Source: an uncultured Polynucleobacter sp. (lineage in GTDB: Bacteria; Pseudomonadota; Gammaproteobacteria; Burkholderiales; Burkholderiaceae). Taken from it: DNA of 46,375 nucleotides. This document shows, piece by piece, positions 23,296-35,888 of this stretch. Positions within the stretch are counted from its first letter, which is position 1; every line of letters starts with the position of its first letter. The stretch spans positions 6,288 to 52,662 of the forward strand of contig CAZXSX010000001.1 of the NCBI GenBank assembly GCA_964643245.1, given 5' to 3'. Both the position numbers and the translations under genes were made by a program. Under the pieces are notes generated by a model that had not been told where the DNA came from, ran no database searches, and saw only the letters and a list, made by a program, of their open reading frames with translations.

Positions 23296-24420
23296 ATGAG
23301 CCAACAAAATACAAATCCCGCAAATTGGTACTCCGCTGTTGATAAAACATCGGATACCGACGATCGACGCATTGACAATATTTCTGTTCTGCCGCCTCCA
23401 GAACATTTGATTCGCTTCTTTCCTATTTCTGGAACACCCACGGAAGCGTTAATCAGCAAAACACGCAAAAAGATTCGTGACATTATTCATGGCAAAGATG
23501 ATCGCTTGCTCGTCATCATAGGACCTTGCTCTATTCACGATCCAAGAGCTGCGTTGGAGTACTGTCAACGCCTGATGGGCGAGCGTGAACGTTTTGCCGG
23601 CGAATTAGAAATCGTGATGCGCGTTTATTTTGAAAAGCCACGCACCACAGTTGGCTGGAAGGGTTTAATTAATGACCCATACCTCGATGAATCCTATCGC
23701 ATCGAAGAAGGTTTGCGACTTGCTCGTCAAGTCTTAATGGAAATCAATCATCTTGGTATGCCAGCAAGTAGCGAGTTCCTGGATGTCATTTCTCCGCAAT
23801 ACATTGCCGACCTCATTTCATGGGGAGCTATCGGAGCACGCACTACTGAAAGTCAAGTTCACCGTGAATTGGCGTCGGGACTATCTGCACCGATTGGATT
23901 TAAGAATGGTACTGACGGCAGTATCAAAATTGCAACCGATGCAATTTTGGCAGCAAGTCGGCCACACCACTTCTTATCAGTTCACAAAAATGGACAGGTA
24001 TCGGTAGTAGAAACGAAAGGCAATAAAGACTGTCATGTTATTTTGCGTGGCGGTAAAGAGCCTAACTATGAAGAAAAATTCGTTCAGGCTGCATGCTTAG
24101 AGCTTGAAGCTGAAAAGCTTCGTGGCAGTTTGATGGTTGATTTATCGCATGCCAACTCGAGCAAGAAGCATGAGCGTCAAATCGTGGTAGCAGATGATGT
24201 GGCCCAGCAAATCGAGTCTGGTTCGCACCAAATATTTGGTGTGATGGTAGAAAGCCATCTCAACGATGGCGCCCAAAAATTCACTCCTGGTAAAGATGAT
24301 CCAAGCAAGCTGGAATACGGCAAGAGCATTACCGATGCCTGTATTAATTGGGATGATTCAGTACAAGTTCTCGAACGCCTTGCAGCTGCAGTAAAAAAAC
24401 GCAGAAGCAAGAAAAAGTAA
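23296..24420 (+). CDS. aroG: Class I DAHP synthase (3-deoxy-7-phosphoheptulonate synthase)
   Basis: 'IGPCSIHD', 'RVYFEKPRTTVGWKG', 'IGARTTESQVHRELASG', 'YGKSITDAC'. Confidence 0.93.
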   Translation: MSQQNTNPANWYSAVDKTSDTDDRRIDNISVLPPPEHLIRFFPISGTPTEALISKTRKKIRDIIHGKDDRLLVIIGPCSIHDPRAALEYCQRLMGERERFAGELEIVMRVYFEKPRTTVGWKGLINDPYLDESYRIEEGLRLARQVLMEINHLGMPASSEFLDVISPQYIADLISWGAIGARTTESQVHRELASGLSAPIGFKNGTDGSIKIATDAILAASRPHHFLSVHKNGQVSVVETKGNKDCHVILRGGKEPNYEEKFVQAACLELEAEKLRGSLMVDLSHANSSKKHERQIVVADDVAQQIESGSHQIFGVMVESHLNDGAQKFTPGKDDPSKLEYGKSITDACINWDDSVQVLERLAAAVKKRRSKKK

Positions 24421-24432
24421 GGCGAAACCTCT

Positions 24433-24467
24433 AAAAAAGAGACTAAATTATTTAGTCTCTTTTTTTT
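24433..24467. terminator. Bidirectional intrinsic terminator between the convergent aroG and pduO-like genes
   Basis: Perfect 15-bp arms AAAAAAGAGACTAAA / TTTAGTCTCTTTTTT around a 3-nt centre that is the minus-strand stop codon; T-runs follow on both strands. Confidence 0.75.
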
Positions 24468-25017
24468 CGTGCTTCCAAAGAACGTCCGTTCCCCCGGCTG
24501 CACGATTCAGAATGCGCGCTATTACAAATAGTAGATCGGACAAACGATTTACATACTGTCGCGGCGAATCATACGAGGGCTCCGCCCAACCTAAGCGCAC
24601 AATCGAGCGCTCTACTCTTCTGCAAACTGTCCGGCAAACATGTGCCTGTGCTGCTGCGCGCATACCGCCTGGGAGAATAAATTCTGTTAACGGCGGTAAT
24701 TGCTGGTTATATTTTTCAAGCCAGATATCTAATTGCGCAACATGGTCTGGATTGAGTAATTTGTAGTTGGGAATACAGAGTTCGCCACCGAGATCAAACA
24801 AATCATGCTGGATCTGTAAAAAGAGGGTTTTGAGCTCTTCTGCAATCGACTCTGGAATCGCTTCAGTCATCAAAACGCCGATTTCTGAATTCAGCTCATC
24901 AACATCGCCCATGGCGCAAATACGTAAATGATCCTTTTCAACGCGACTTCTGTCACCAAGGCCGGTCATGCCAGCATCACCCGTTCTAGTGGTGATTTTT
25001 TATAGTCGATTTCCCAT
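24448..25017 (-). pseudogene. PduO-type ATP:cob(I)alamin adenosyltransferase with a premature stop
   Basis: Reads MGNRL*KITTRTGDAGMTGL, with TAA at codon 6 (25000-25002). Downstream family motifs 'GDVDELNS', 'QHDLFDLG', 'FILPGG', 'NRLSDLLF' are intact. Confidence 0.88.
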
Positions 25018-25053
25018 GAGCCTAATTATAGGTAAATGGCCAAAATGATTGTC

Positions 25054-26548
25054 ATGAATATGGTGACCCCACCCCCCGATCTCGCAGCAATAAGCGCCCT
25101 TCAGTCAAAACTGGTATCGGCCCTGCGCCCAATCCTCCCTGAGCATGCCCTGCTCTGGGAACCCGAGGACACCATACCTTATGAATGTGATGGTCTTGCA
25201 GCCTATCGTCACATGCCATTGGCGGTTGCTCTTCCAGAAACAGAAGAGCAAGTCGCCAAGATTTTGAGGATTTGTTTTGAAATGCAAATTCCTATGGTGC
25301 CCCGCGGATCCGGCACAGGTTTGTCGGGTGGCGCCATGCCAATTTCACAAGGCCTTGTGCTATCACTCGCCAAACTCAAAAAATTATCAGCATTGATCCT
25401 TTTGCAAGAACAGCTATTGTTCAACCTGGGGTTCGCAATCTCGCTATTTCTGAGGCAGTTGCACATCTTGGCTTGTATTACGCCCCAGATCCGTCGTCTC
25501 AAATTGCATGTTCAATTGGTGGCAATGTCAATGAAAGCTCGGGTGGCGTGCACTGCTTGAAATATGGATTGACTCTGCACAACGTTCTGCGAGTACGCGG
25601 TGTGCTCATGAATGGCGAGATTGTCGAGTTTGGTAGCTTGGCGCCAGACTCACCAGGTTTGGATCTAATGGCCATCATGATAGGTAGCGAAGGAATGCTG
25701 GCAGTAGTAACGGAAGTCACCGTTAAATTGATTGCTAAACCAAAGTTAGCGCACGTGATTATGGCTAGTTTTAATGATATTGAAAAGGGTGGAAATGCCG
25801 TTGCCGCCATCATTGCCGCTGGCATCATTCCTGCCGGTTTAGAAATGATGGACAAGGCTACGGCTCGTGCTGTTGAAGAATTTGTCCATGCAGGGTATGA
25901 CTTAGATGCAGCAGCCATTTTGCTTTGCGAATCAGATAGGACACCAGAAGAGGTTGCCGAAGAAATTGAGCGCATGACTAAGGTGCTAGAACAGTCGGGT
26001 GCTAGCGGCATTCAAATTTCCCAGGATGAAACCGAGCGCCTGAAATTTTGGAGTGGCCATAAAAATGCCTTCCCTGCGGCAGGTCGGCTGGCCCCAGATT
26101 ATTACTGTATGGATGGCACAATCCCCCGTCGACACATAGCGACTTTACTGAAACGCATTCAAGGCATGGAAAAAAATACGGCTTAGGGTGCTTAAACGTA
26201 TTTCATGCGGGTGATGGCAATATGCATCCGCTCATTTTATTTAATGATGCCGATCCAGAGGAATGGCATCGCGCAGAGGAGTTTGACACGGAAATTTTGG
26301 AAGCCTGCGTCGAACTTGGCGGCACCATTACTGGTGAACATGGCGTTGGCATCGAAAAAATTAACTCCATGTGTGTGCAATTTGATGGGGGCGAGCGCGA
26401 ATCGTTTTGAGGCATCAAAGCTGCATTTGATCTAGAAAAGTTACTCAACCCCGACAAAGCTATTCCAACTCTAAATCGCTGCGCAGAATACGGACGCATG
26501 CGGATTAGTGGCGGCAAATTACCCCACCCAGAATTGGAGCGTTTTTAA
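25054..26548 (+). pseudogene. glcD: Glycolate oxidase subunit GlcD (FAD-linked oxidase)
   Basis: 'PRGSGTGLSGGA', 'YAPDPSSQIACSIGGN', 'HAGDGNMHP', 'GEHGVGIEK'. Single-A losses in A-runs at 25378-25383 and 26170-26176 and a TGA at 26408-26410. The repaired length is about 498 aa. Confidence 0.92.
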
Positions 26549-27300
26549 TGGCTTCAAGCAATCTTTGGTAGCAAGGTCATGAAGAACGTTGCTGACTATG
26601 ACGTATCTCGCTTACTGCCAGGATCCATGGGAACCCTGTCGCTACTACTAGAGGCATCTGTGAAGGTCTTACCTAAGCATGCCGCTACCATTACTCTACG
26701 TTGTCAAATTTCACAAGCAAACGCATTAAAGATTCTCAACACCTGGGCTGAGCAGCCTCTACCCCTATCAGCAAGCTGCTGGATTGGGGATGGTGAGGGG
26801 GATGGTGAGCTGACGATTCGTTTATCTGGCGCAGTAGCGGCAGTGAAAGCAGCTATTCCAATAATGGGCTCACAAGTGAACGCGCACGAAATTCCACCTG
26901 AAACTGCACAAGCCTTTTGGGATGATTTGCGCGAGCAAAACCTCCCAATATTTATGAGTCAGGAGACCAATCAAACGCTATATCGCTTCGCGCTTCCCGC
27001 AGCGTGCGGTCCACTGGACATTCCAAACGCTAGTGGTGACCTAGCTCTTGAGTGGCATGGACAACAACGTTGGATCAAAGCTGCAGGCGATGATGCCACC
27101 TTTCACGCCATGAAACACATTGCTAATATTCACGGTGGGCATGCAACCCGCTTTAAGCAAGGCAAGGAAGTAATCCATCACTGGAGCGGTTTACATTACT
27201 GAGTGAACAAGCACACTCCAAGGCCCTAGAGATAGTTCAAGCTCGCTTACGTGCTGCATTCGATCCTGCGGGCGTTTTTGCAACCAAACGCCTTCCTTAG
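26548..27300 (+). pseudogene. glcE: Glycolate oxidase subunit GlcE with a large N-terminal deletion and a frameshift
   Basis: The ATG overlaps the glcD TAA. After five codons the sequence jumps out of frame to 'FGSKVMKNVADYDVSRL', normally a mid-protein motif. A second frameshift lies near 27172, and the tail 'AFDPAGVF' ends at TAG 27298-27300. Confidence 0.88.
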
Positions 27301-27333
27301 CATCCTTATTTAGTGACCTATCTCTAATTCTTT

Positions 27334-28607
27334 ATGCAAACGCAACTCGCCCCTCAATTCGCCAATACACCAGAAGGCATAGAGGCCGCCCGCATTCTGG
27401 GTAAATGTGTTCACTGTGGTTTTTGTACGGCAACATGCCCAACCTATCAACTATTAGGCGATGAATTAGATGGTCCTCGAGGCCGCATCTATCTCATCAA
27501 GCAAATTACCGAGGGCCAAGCCCCCACTGAAAAAACACGCCTTCATTTAGACCGCTGCCTTACGTGTCGCAATTGTGAGAGCACCTGCCCTAGTGGTGTG
27601 TAATATGGAAATCTAGTAGATATCGGTCGCAAATGGGCTGAAGAAAATACTCCGAAGCGACCTTTGGGGCAACGTATTACGCGTTGGGCTTTAAAAGAAG
27701 GGCTAACCAAACCAGGATTATTTAACTCAGCAATCGCCTTAGGACGTTTGGTGCGCCCTCTTATGCCGAGCAGTATTCAGCGCAAAATTCCGCTTGCCAA
27801 GAACAAGGCCTTGAATCAATCTACCAATCCTTATGCTCGACCTCAAGCGCAGCATGTCCGGAAGATGCTTATTCTGGAGGGTTGTGTGCAGCCTGGGATG
27901 CTGCCTAATATTAATTCCACCACGGCACGCGTACTGGATGCCCTCAAGATTCAGCTCATCAGCGCACCGAATGCCACTTGTTGTGGCGCATTGCGCTACC
28001 ACCTCAATGATCAAGGGGGTGGATTAGAAAATGCAAAACAAAACATTGATGCTTGGTGACCTCTCGTTGAAAGGGTATTGAAGCAATTGTGATGACTGCA
28101 TCCGGCTGTGGTATCATGGCGAAAGACTATGGCCACCTCTTAGCACATGACCCAATTTATGCCGCCAAAGCAAAAAGAATTTCCGATCTAACCAAAGACA
28201 TTGCTGAGATTTTGCCAACCCTGCAACAGGAACTAGTGGACCTGATTGGCGCCGATCAAAAGCCTGGGGTCGTTTATCACCCACCCTGCACGCTTCAGCA
28301 TGGGCAACAAATTCGGGGCAAAGTTGAAGGCCTGCTTTCAAGCCTTGGTATTGGGGTGAGGCTGTGCAACAATAGTCATCCTTGCTGTGGTTCAGCGGGC
28401 ACCTACTCCGTTACTCAACCCGAGCTCTCAGAACAACTCCGCAAGAACAAACTTAGTCACTTAAATGCTGCTTGCAAAGAGTTTGGGGCTGAAGTAATCG
28501 TTTCTGGAAATATTGGCTGCGTCACCCACCTACAGCAAGATGACAAACCGGTTTTACATTGGATTGAAATTGTCGATCAACTCATTCAAAAGCCCGCCAA
28601 CACTTAA
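27334..28607 (+). pseudogene. glcF: Glycolate oxidase Fe-S subunit GlcF
   Basis: Ferredoxin motifs 'CVHCGFCTATCP' and 'CLTCRNCESTCP' plus two CCG domains. In-frame stops at 27601-27603 and 28057-28059 and a frameshift at about 28070. Confidence 0.92.
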
Positions 28608-29332
28608 TGAACCCAATTGTTGTCAATCTCATCGAGGTACGAAACCGAATAGAGCTAGCTGCCCTAGCAGCCAAGCGTGAGCCTGAAGACATTGAACTAT
28701 TAGCCGTAAGCAAAACTTTTCCTGCATCTGCCATTGAAGAAGCGATGCATGCCGGCCAGTCGGCTTTTGGCGAAAATTATGTTCAAGAGGGTGTTGAAAA
28801 AATCATTCGGCTAGAAAAATTACGTCCCTGGCTAGTGTGGCATTTTATTGCCCCCCTACAAAGCAATAAGACAAGAGAGGTTGCCGAGCACTTTGATTGG
28901 GTCCATAGTATTGATCGTCTAAAAATTGCAGAACGTCTCTCCGCACAGCGCGCTGAATTTCCTGATCTAGCTGAGTTACAACTATGCGTTCAGGTCAATG
29001 TCAGCGAAGAGGAGAGCAAAAGTGGTGTGCCACTAAGTGAAGCACAAGAACTTTGCGATGCTATTAGTAAACTGCCGAATGTAGTTTTACGCGGATTAAT
29101 GGCCATTCCAGCTCCAAGCACCGACCCCATCGTTCAGCACGATGCGTTTGCTACAGTTCGCGAATGTTTTCAAAAGATTCAATCTAGTCGTGCCACGAAC
29201 CCGGGTTATCTATTTTTTGACACCCTTTCAATGGGTATGTCGGATGATCTTGAGGCCGCAATAGCTGAAGGCAGCACGATGGTAAGGGTTGGAACTGCCA
29301 TTTTTGGGAAGCGCGATAAGATTAGCAAATGA
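28607..29332 (+). CDS. yggS: Pyridoxal phosphate homeostasis protein (YggS family)
   Basis: 'LLAVSKT', 'FGENYVQE', 'LSMGMSDD', 'VRVGTAIFG'; upstream of proC. Confidence 0.94.
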   Translation: MNPIVVNLIEVRNRIELAALAAKREPEDIELLAVSKTFPASAIEEAMHAGQSAFGENYVQEGVEKIIRLEKLRPWLVWHFIAPLQSNKTREVAEHFDWVHSIDRLKIAERLSAQRAEFPDLAELQLCVQVNVSEEESKSGVPLSEAQELCDAISKLPNVVLRGLMAIPAPSTDPIVQHDAFATVRECFQKIQSSRATNPGYLFFDTLSMGMSDDLEAAIAEGSTMVRVGTAIFGKRDKISK

Positions 29333-30198
29333 GCTCACAAAAAAATATGCAAAATCATATCAATACCCACATCACTTTCATAGGCGGGGGCAATATGGGT
29401 CGCGCCTTAATTAGTGGCCTATTAAATAATGGCTTTGGGCCGAATCAGATTTCTGTCGTGGAAGCAAATGCCACAACTGCTTTAGAGCTTTATGAAGATT
29501 TTGGCGTTCAAGGTATTGGTGCATTAGAGCAAATTGCTTTTGATTTCTCAAAAAATAATGTCGTTGTCATGGCAATCAAGCCTCAAGACTTTAATGTCGT
29601 TGCCAAAGGCCTGGCCTCAAAACTCAAATATGCAACCGCTCCAGGTCCGCTGATTTTGAGTATTGCTGCTGGCATTCGACTCAAGGACATGAGTCGCTGG
29701 CTTGATCACACACGCTGCGTGCGCGCAATGCCAAATACCTCTGCGCTTATTGGTAAAGGTATTACCGGCTTATTTGCCGATGCAGCAGTGGATGCCTCTG
29801 ATCGCCATCTTGCCGAAACGATTTGCAATGCTGTCGGACAAACCGTTTGGGTAAACGAAGAAAAATTAATGGATGCCGTCACCGCTGTCTCTGGTAGTGG
29901 CCCTGCATACGTATTTGCCTTTATTGAAGCAATGCAATCGGCCGGCGAGAAGCTTGGTCTGGATGCGCAAACTGCCCGAAAACTAGCATATACAACCCTA
30001 GAAGGAGCCACGCAATTGGCTCATAATTCAGATGAGCATGCTGGCATTTTACGTGAGCGCGTTACCTCTAAAGGTGGCACGACAGCTGCTGCATTGAATG
30101 TCATGAAGCAACATGGCTGTCATGAGATTTTAGAAAAAGCGATCGATGCCGCTAGTCAACGCGGCAAAACCATGGGCGACGAATTAGGCAATAGTTAA
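29329..30198 (+). CDS. proC: Pyrroline-5-carboxylate reductase
   Basis: 'FIGGGNMG', 'RAMPNT', 'TAVSGSGPAY', 'VTSKGGTT'. Confidence 0.95.
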   Translation: MSSQKNMQNHINTHITFIGGGNMGRALISGLLNNGFGPNQISVVEANATTALELYEDFGVQGIGALEQIAFDFSKNNVVVMAIKPQDFNVVAKGLASKLKYATAPGPLILSIAAGIRLKDMSRWLDHTRCVRAMPNTSALIGKGITGLFADAAVDASDRHLAETICNAVGQTVWVNEEKLMDAVTAVSGSGPAYVFAFIEAMQSAGEKLGLDAQTARKLAYTTLEGATQLAHNSDEHAGILRERVTSKGGTTAAALNVMKQHGCHEILEKAIDAASQRGKTMGDELGNS

Positions 30199-30223
30199 TT
30201 TGATATTGGCGCTAAGTCAACTC

Positions 30224-31087
30224 TCAATTCAGGCTAAGCCCCAAAACGATTCCTAGAAACAAGAATCCGCCCAGCCAATTGTTGTGACGGAACGCCTGGA
30301 AACACTCTTCCCACCTTCTGGTGGAGACAAGTTTCATGTGGTAAATCGCACACCCCAAAGCCATTACCCAACCAACCAAAAAATAATTACTCAAATCCGC
30401 CAGCTGCGCCACCCACAGCTGGCTTATAAACAGAATCGCGTAACTCATGCCAATAGCAAAGACATCATACTTTCCGAAGGTAATGGCCGATGTTCGCAAA
30501 CCTAAACGTATGTCATCCTTGCGATCGACCATTGCGTACGCTGTGTCATAAGCTATTGCCCAAAATAGATTCCCAATAAATAAAGCCCACGCTTCAAGGG
30601 GAATAAAATTCAGAATCGCAGCATAAGTCATTGGAATACCAAAACCAAATGCAATTCCGAGTATTGCCTGAGGCATCGCAAAAAAGCGTTTTGTAAATGG
30701 GTAGATAAATGCTACCAATAGCGCGAATACAGAAAGCTGCTTTGTAAAAGTATTTAGCGACTGAATTAACAGAAAAGCAATTAACGCCAAGATGACTGCA
30801 ACCACAACCGCCTCCTTACCAGAGATTTTTCCACTAGTCACTGGGCGTCCATGGGTCCTCTGTACATGGCGATCAAAATCACGGTCCGCATAATCATTGA
30901 TAGCACACCCTGCGCTGCGCATTAAGAATGCACCAACCACAAAAATAAACAAAATATGCGGATCTGGAATTCTGCTGCTGGCGAGCCAGAGAGCCCACAG
31001 TGTGGGCCACAACAACAGCAAGGTACCAATTGGCTTATCTAAACGAATTAAATAAGCATAGGCTTTGAGTCGATCATTCAATGACAT
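30224..31087 (-). CDS. ubiA: 4-hydroxybenzoate polyprenyltransferase
   Basis: '[14 protein letters not shown]', 'NDYADRDFD', 'YDTAYAMVD'. Start is ATG 31087 or TTG 31093. Confidence 0.95.
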   Translation of the reverse strand: MSLNDRLKAYAYLIRLDKPIGTLLLLWPTLWALWLASSRIPDPHILFIFVVGAFLMRSAGCAINDYADRDFDRHVQRTHGRPVTSGKISGKEAVVVAVILALIAFLLIQSLNTFTKQLSVFALLVAFIYPFTKRFFAMPQAILGIAFGFGIPMTYAAILNFIPLEAWALFIGNLFWAIAYDTAYAMVDRKDDIRLGLRTSAITFGKYDVFAIGMSYAILFISQLWVAQLADLSNYFLVGWVMALGCAIYHMKLVSTRRWEECFQAFRHNNWLGGFLFLGIVLGLSLN

Positions 31088-31094
31088 ACGCAAA

Positions 31095-33164
31095 TTATGC
31101 CTTTAGAAACTCTGCTCGAGAACCTAACCAACGCTCTAAATGTCGCTCCACAATATCGACATGTTCTGCCAGCAACCGATCTGCAGCCCGCTGAGCTAGC
31201 TCAATAAGCCAAGCATCACGCTGCAAATCCACAAATTGCAACATGGCATCACCCGATTGCTTTGCCCCTAAAAGCTCACCTGGTCCACGCAATGATAAAT
31301 CGCGTTCCGCAATTACAAATCCATCGGAGGTCTCACGCAAAGTTTGTAGACGCTCTTTAGCGGCAAGAGATAAAGGTTCTGAATACATCAAAATACAGAC
31401 TGAATCTGACGAACCACGGCCAACGCGTCCCCTTAGCTGATGAATCTGTGCATACCCAAAACGCTCAGCATGCTCAATCACCATTAAAGCAGCGTTAGGA
31501 ACGTCAACGCCAACTTCAATTACGGTTGTAGCTACTAAGAGCTGAATCTCATTTGCTTTAAACGCTGCCATGACCAAGGCTTTTTCTTCTGCTTTGAGTC
31601 GACCATGCACGAGACCCACTTTAAATTCGGGCAATGCCTGAGTTAGGTGCTCAAAACTTTCAACAGCAGTTTGCAGTTGCAGTGCCTCAGACTCTTCAAT
31701 TAGGGGGCATACCCAATATGCTTGCAACCCCTTAGATAGCCAACTTTGCAAACCTCGAATGACTTCGTCACGGCGGCCATCTTTAACTACCTTGGTAACA
31801 ATGGGCTTACGACCTGGAGGCAATTCATCAATGACCGACACATCTAAGTCAGCGTAATACGTCATTGCTAGTGTTCGTGGAATTGGGGTAGCGGACATCA
31901 TTAACTGATGACAGTAAAACAGTTCTGAGCCTACGCGTTGCTGAATTTCTAAGCGTTGACGAACACCAAATCGATGCTGCTCATCAATTACTGCTAGGCC
32001 CAGCTTAGCAAAATGCACGTTCTCTTGAATCAGGGCATGCGTTCCAATAATGAGCTGCGCGGCACCACTTTCAATTTGCTCTTGGGCCCAACGCTTTTCT
32101 TTTGCCTTAAGACCCCCAGATAACCAGATGGCTTGCACACCCAATGGCTCAAACCACTCCTTCATTTTTAGGTAGTGTTGCTCCACTAATATTTCTGTGG
32201 GCGCCATGACGGCAGCTTGATATCCATGCTCCATCACGCGAGCCGCTGCCAATGCTGCAACAACAGTCTTACCGCTCCCAACATCCCCCTGCAATAAACG
32301 ATTCATCGGGAAATTGTTGGATAAATCCGCTGCAATTTCCTCCCAAACCTTTGTCTGAGCATTCGTTAATTCAAACGGCAGCCCCTTCAGAAGGCGCCTC
32401 TCAAGACTATTAAGATTTGTACCAGGGCTAACAAAGCCTGGGGCATGTCTCTGTCTCCGAATGGCGTGCGCCCGCTTTAAGGAAATTTGCTGAGCCAACA
32501 GCTCCTCAAACTGAACTCGACGCCATGCGGGATGCGTGCGCTCCAACAAGGCTTGAGTATCCGCATCTGCTGGAGGCTGATGAAGATAAGTAATTGCTGA
32601 TTGCAGATTAGGCCAGTCGTTGCTTGGCAGAAGCTCTGACATCAATTTTTGAGGCAGGAACTCCGCCAAACCATCTTGCAAGCCAGGATCGCGTAATGCT
32701 TGCGTCACCGCTTTACGAATGGCCTGTTGTGAAATCCCAGCACTTGCGGGATATATCGGCGTCAAACTTTTTGGTAATGGCGCATCGGATGTCACTGCCT
32801 TGACGGCGGGATGAACCATCTCAGGGCCCTGAAAACCATCACGCACCTCATCTCGAACCCGAAGATGAGCACCTACCGCCATTTGCTTTTGCTGGCTTGG
32901 ATAAAAATTCAGAAATCGTAGTTGTAAGGTTGATGTGTCATCCTCTATCGTGACTACCATCTGCCGTCTTGGGCGAAAAAGCACCTGATTGCGAATCACT
33001 ACCCCCTGCGTCTGAACCGATCTGAAGCGCCCCTGCACTTGACATTCCTCAATCGTCAGCAACTCGGTCTCATCCTCATAGCGAGATGGAAGATGCAATG
33101 CCAAGGCCATAGGGCTGGTTAACCCCATTTTTTCGAGAGTATTTGGCGCTTGCTTAGTAGTCAT
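31095..33164 (-). CDS. recG: ATP-dependent DNA helicase RecG
   Basis: 'QGDVGSGKT', 'DEQHRFG', 'SATPIPR', 'HQLRGRVGR', 'RGPGE'. Start placed at ATG 33164 to avoid overlap with queA. Confidence 0.95.
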   Translation of the reverse strand: MTTKQAPNTLEKMGLTSPMALALHLPSRYEDETELLTIEECQVQGRFRSVQTQGVVIRNQVLFRPRRQMVVTIEDDTSTLQLRFLNFYPSQQKQMAVGAHLRVRDEVRDGFQGPEMVHPAVKAVTSDAPLPKSLTPIYPASAGISQQAIRKAVTQALRDPGLQDGLAEFLPQKLMSELLPSNDWPNLQSAITYLHQPPADADTQALLERTHPAWRRVQFEELLAQQISLKRAHAIRRQRHAPGFVSPGTNLNSLERRLLKGLPFELTNAQTKVWEEIAADLSNNFPMNRLLQGDVGSGKTVVAALAAARVMEHGYQAAVMAPTEILVEQHYLKMKEWFEPLGVQAIWLSGGLKAKEKRWAQEQIESGAAQLIIGTHALIQENVHFAKLGLAVIDEQHRFGVRQRLEIQQRVGSELFYCHQLMMSATPIPRTLAMTYYADLDVSVIDELPPGRKPIVTKVVKDGRRDEVIRGLQSWLSKGLQAYWVCPLIEESEALQLQTAVESFEHLTQALPEFKVGLVHGRLKAEEKALVMAAFKANEIQLLVATTVIEVGVDVPNAALMVIEHAERFGYAQIHQLRGRVGRGSSDSVCILMYSEPLSLAAKERLQTLRETSDGFVIAERDLSLRGPGELLGAKQSGDAMLQFVDLQRDAWLIELAQRAADRLLAEHVDIVERHLERWLGSRAEFLKA

Positions 33165-33194
33165 CGTTAAAATCCAATACCTGATGGTAATGCT

Positions 33195-35392
<2,198 letters not shown>

Positions 35393-35522
35393 TAGCTCTC
35401 GAGGGAGAATACCCCTTGAAATCACCTCTAAAGCCTCATACCGTTTAGAATTGCGTGTTCGCGGCTTGTAATTTAAGCCTAAAAGGAAGCAGTTTCTATT
35501 CGGTTATTAATGGAGGTTTTTT

Positions 35523-35849
35523 ATGTGGATTAGTAACGCTTTTGCTCAGGCTCCAGCCGCAGGCGCAGATGCAGGTGGCTTAATGAGCTTCCTTCCTTTG
35601 ATTTTGATGTTTGTAGTCTTGTATTTCATCATGGTTCGCCCACAAATGAAGCGTCAAAAAGAAACCAAAGCAATGCTGCAAGCATTGGCGGTTGGCGATG
35701 AAGTCCTCACCGTTGGCGGCCTCTTTGGCAAAGTTACTGCAATTAAAGACGATGTAGTCACGGTTGAAATTGCTGCGAACACACAAGTGCAGCTGCAAAA
35801 AGGTGCGATTACTACCGTATTGCCTAAAGGTACTCTGAAGTCTACCTAA
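35523..35849 (+). CDS. yajC: Preprotein translocase subunit YajC
   Basis: Single TM helix then 'RPQMKRQK', 'GDEVLTVGG'; between tgt and secD; SD GGAGG. Confidence 0.95.
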   Translation: MWISNAFAQAPAAGADAGGLMSFLPLILMFVVLYFIMVRPQMKRQKETKAMLQALAVGDEVLTVGGLFGKVTAIKDDVVTVEIAANTQVQLQKGAITTVLPKGTLKST

Positions 35850-35888
35850 TAGGTCTCCATCAATGCGCTTGTCTAAAAATATCTGATT

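Noticed and set aside
22726-23406. 226-aa antisense ORF, and similar shadow ORFs over dnaJ, dnaK and yhdP
   Set aside because: They lie antisense or out of frame to well-conserved genes with no recognisable motifs, as expected by chance.
25378-26176. Programmed frameshifting or transcriptional slippage rescuing glcD at A-runs
   Set aside because: The runs are only 6-7 A, glcD also has an in-frame TGA, and glcE and glcF are broken.
26408-28059. TGA read as Trp (alternative genetic code), since two in-frame TGAs probably replace Trp codons
   Set aside because: Intact genes such as panB, nadK, hemH and purB end in TGA and use TGG for Trp, and the same pseudogenes carry TAA stops or frameshifts.
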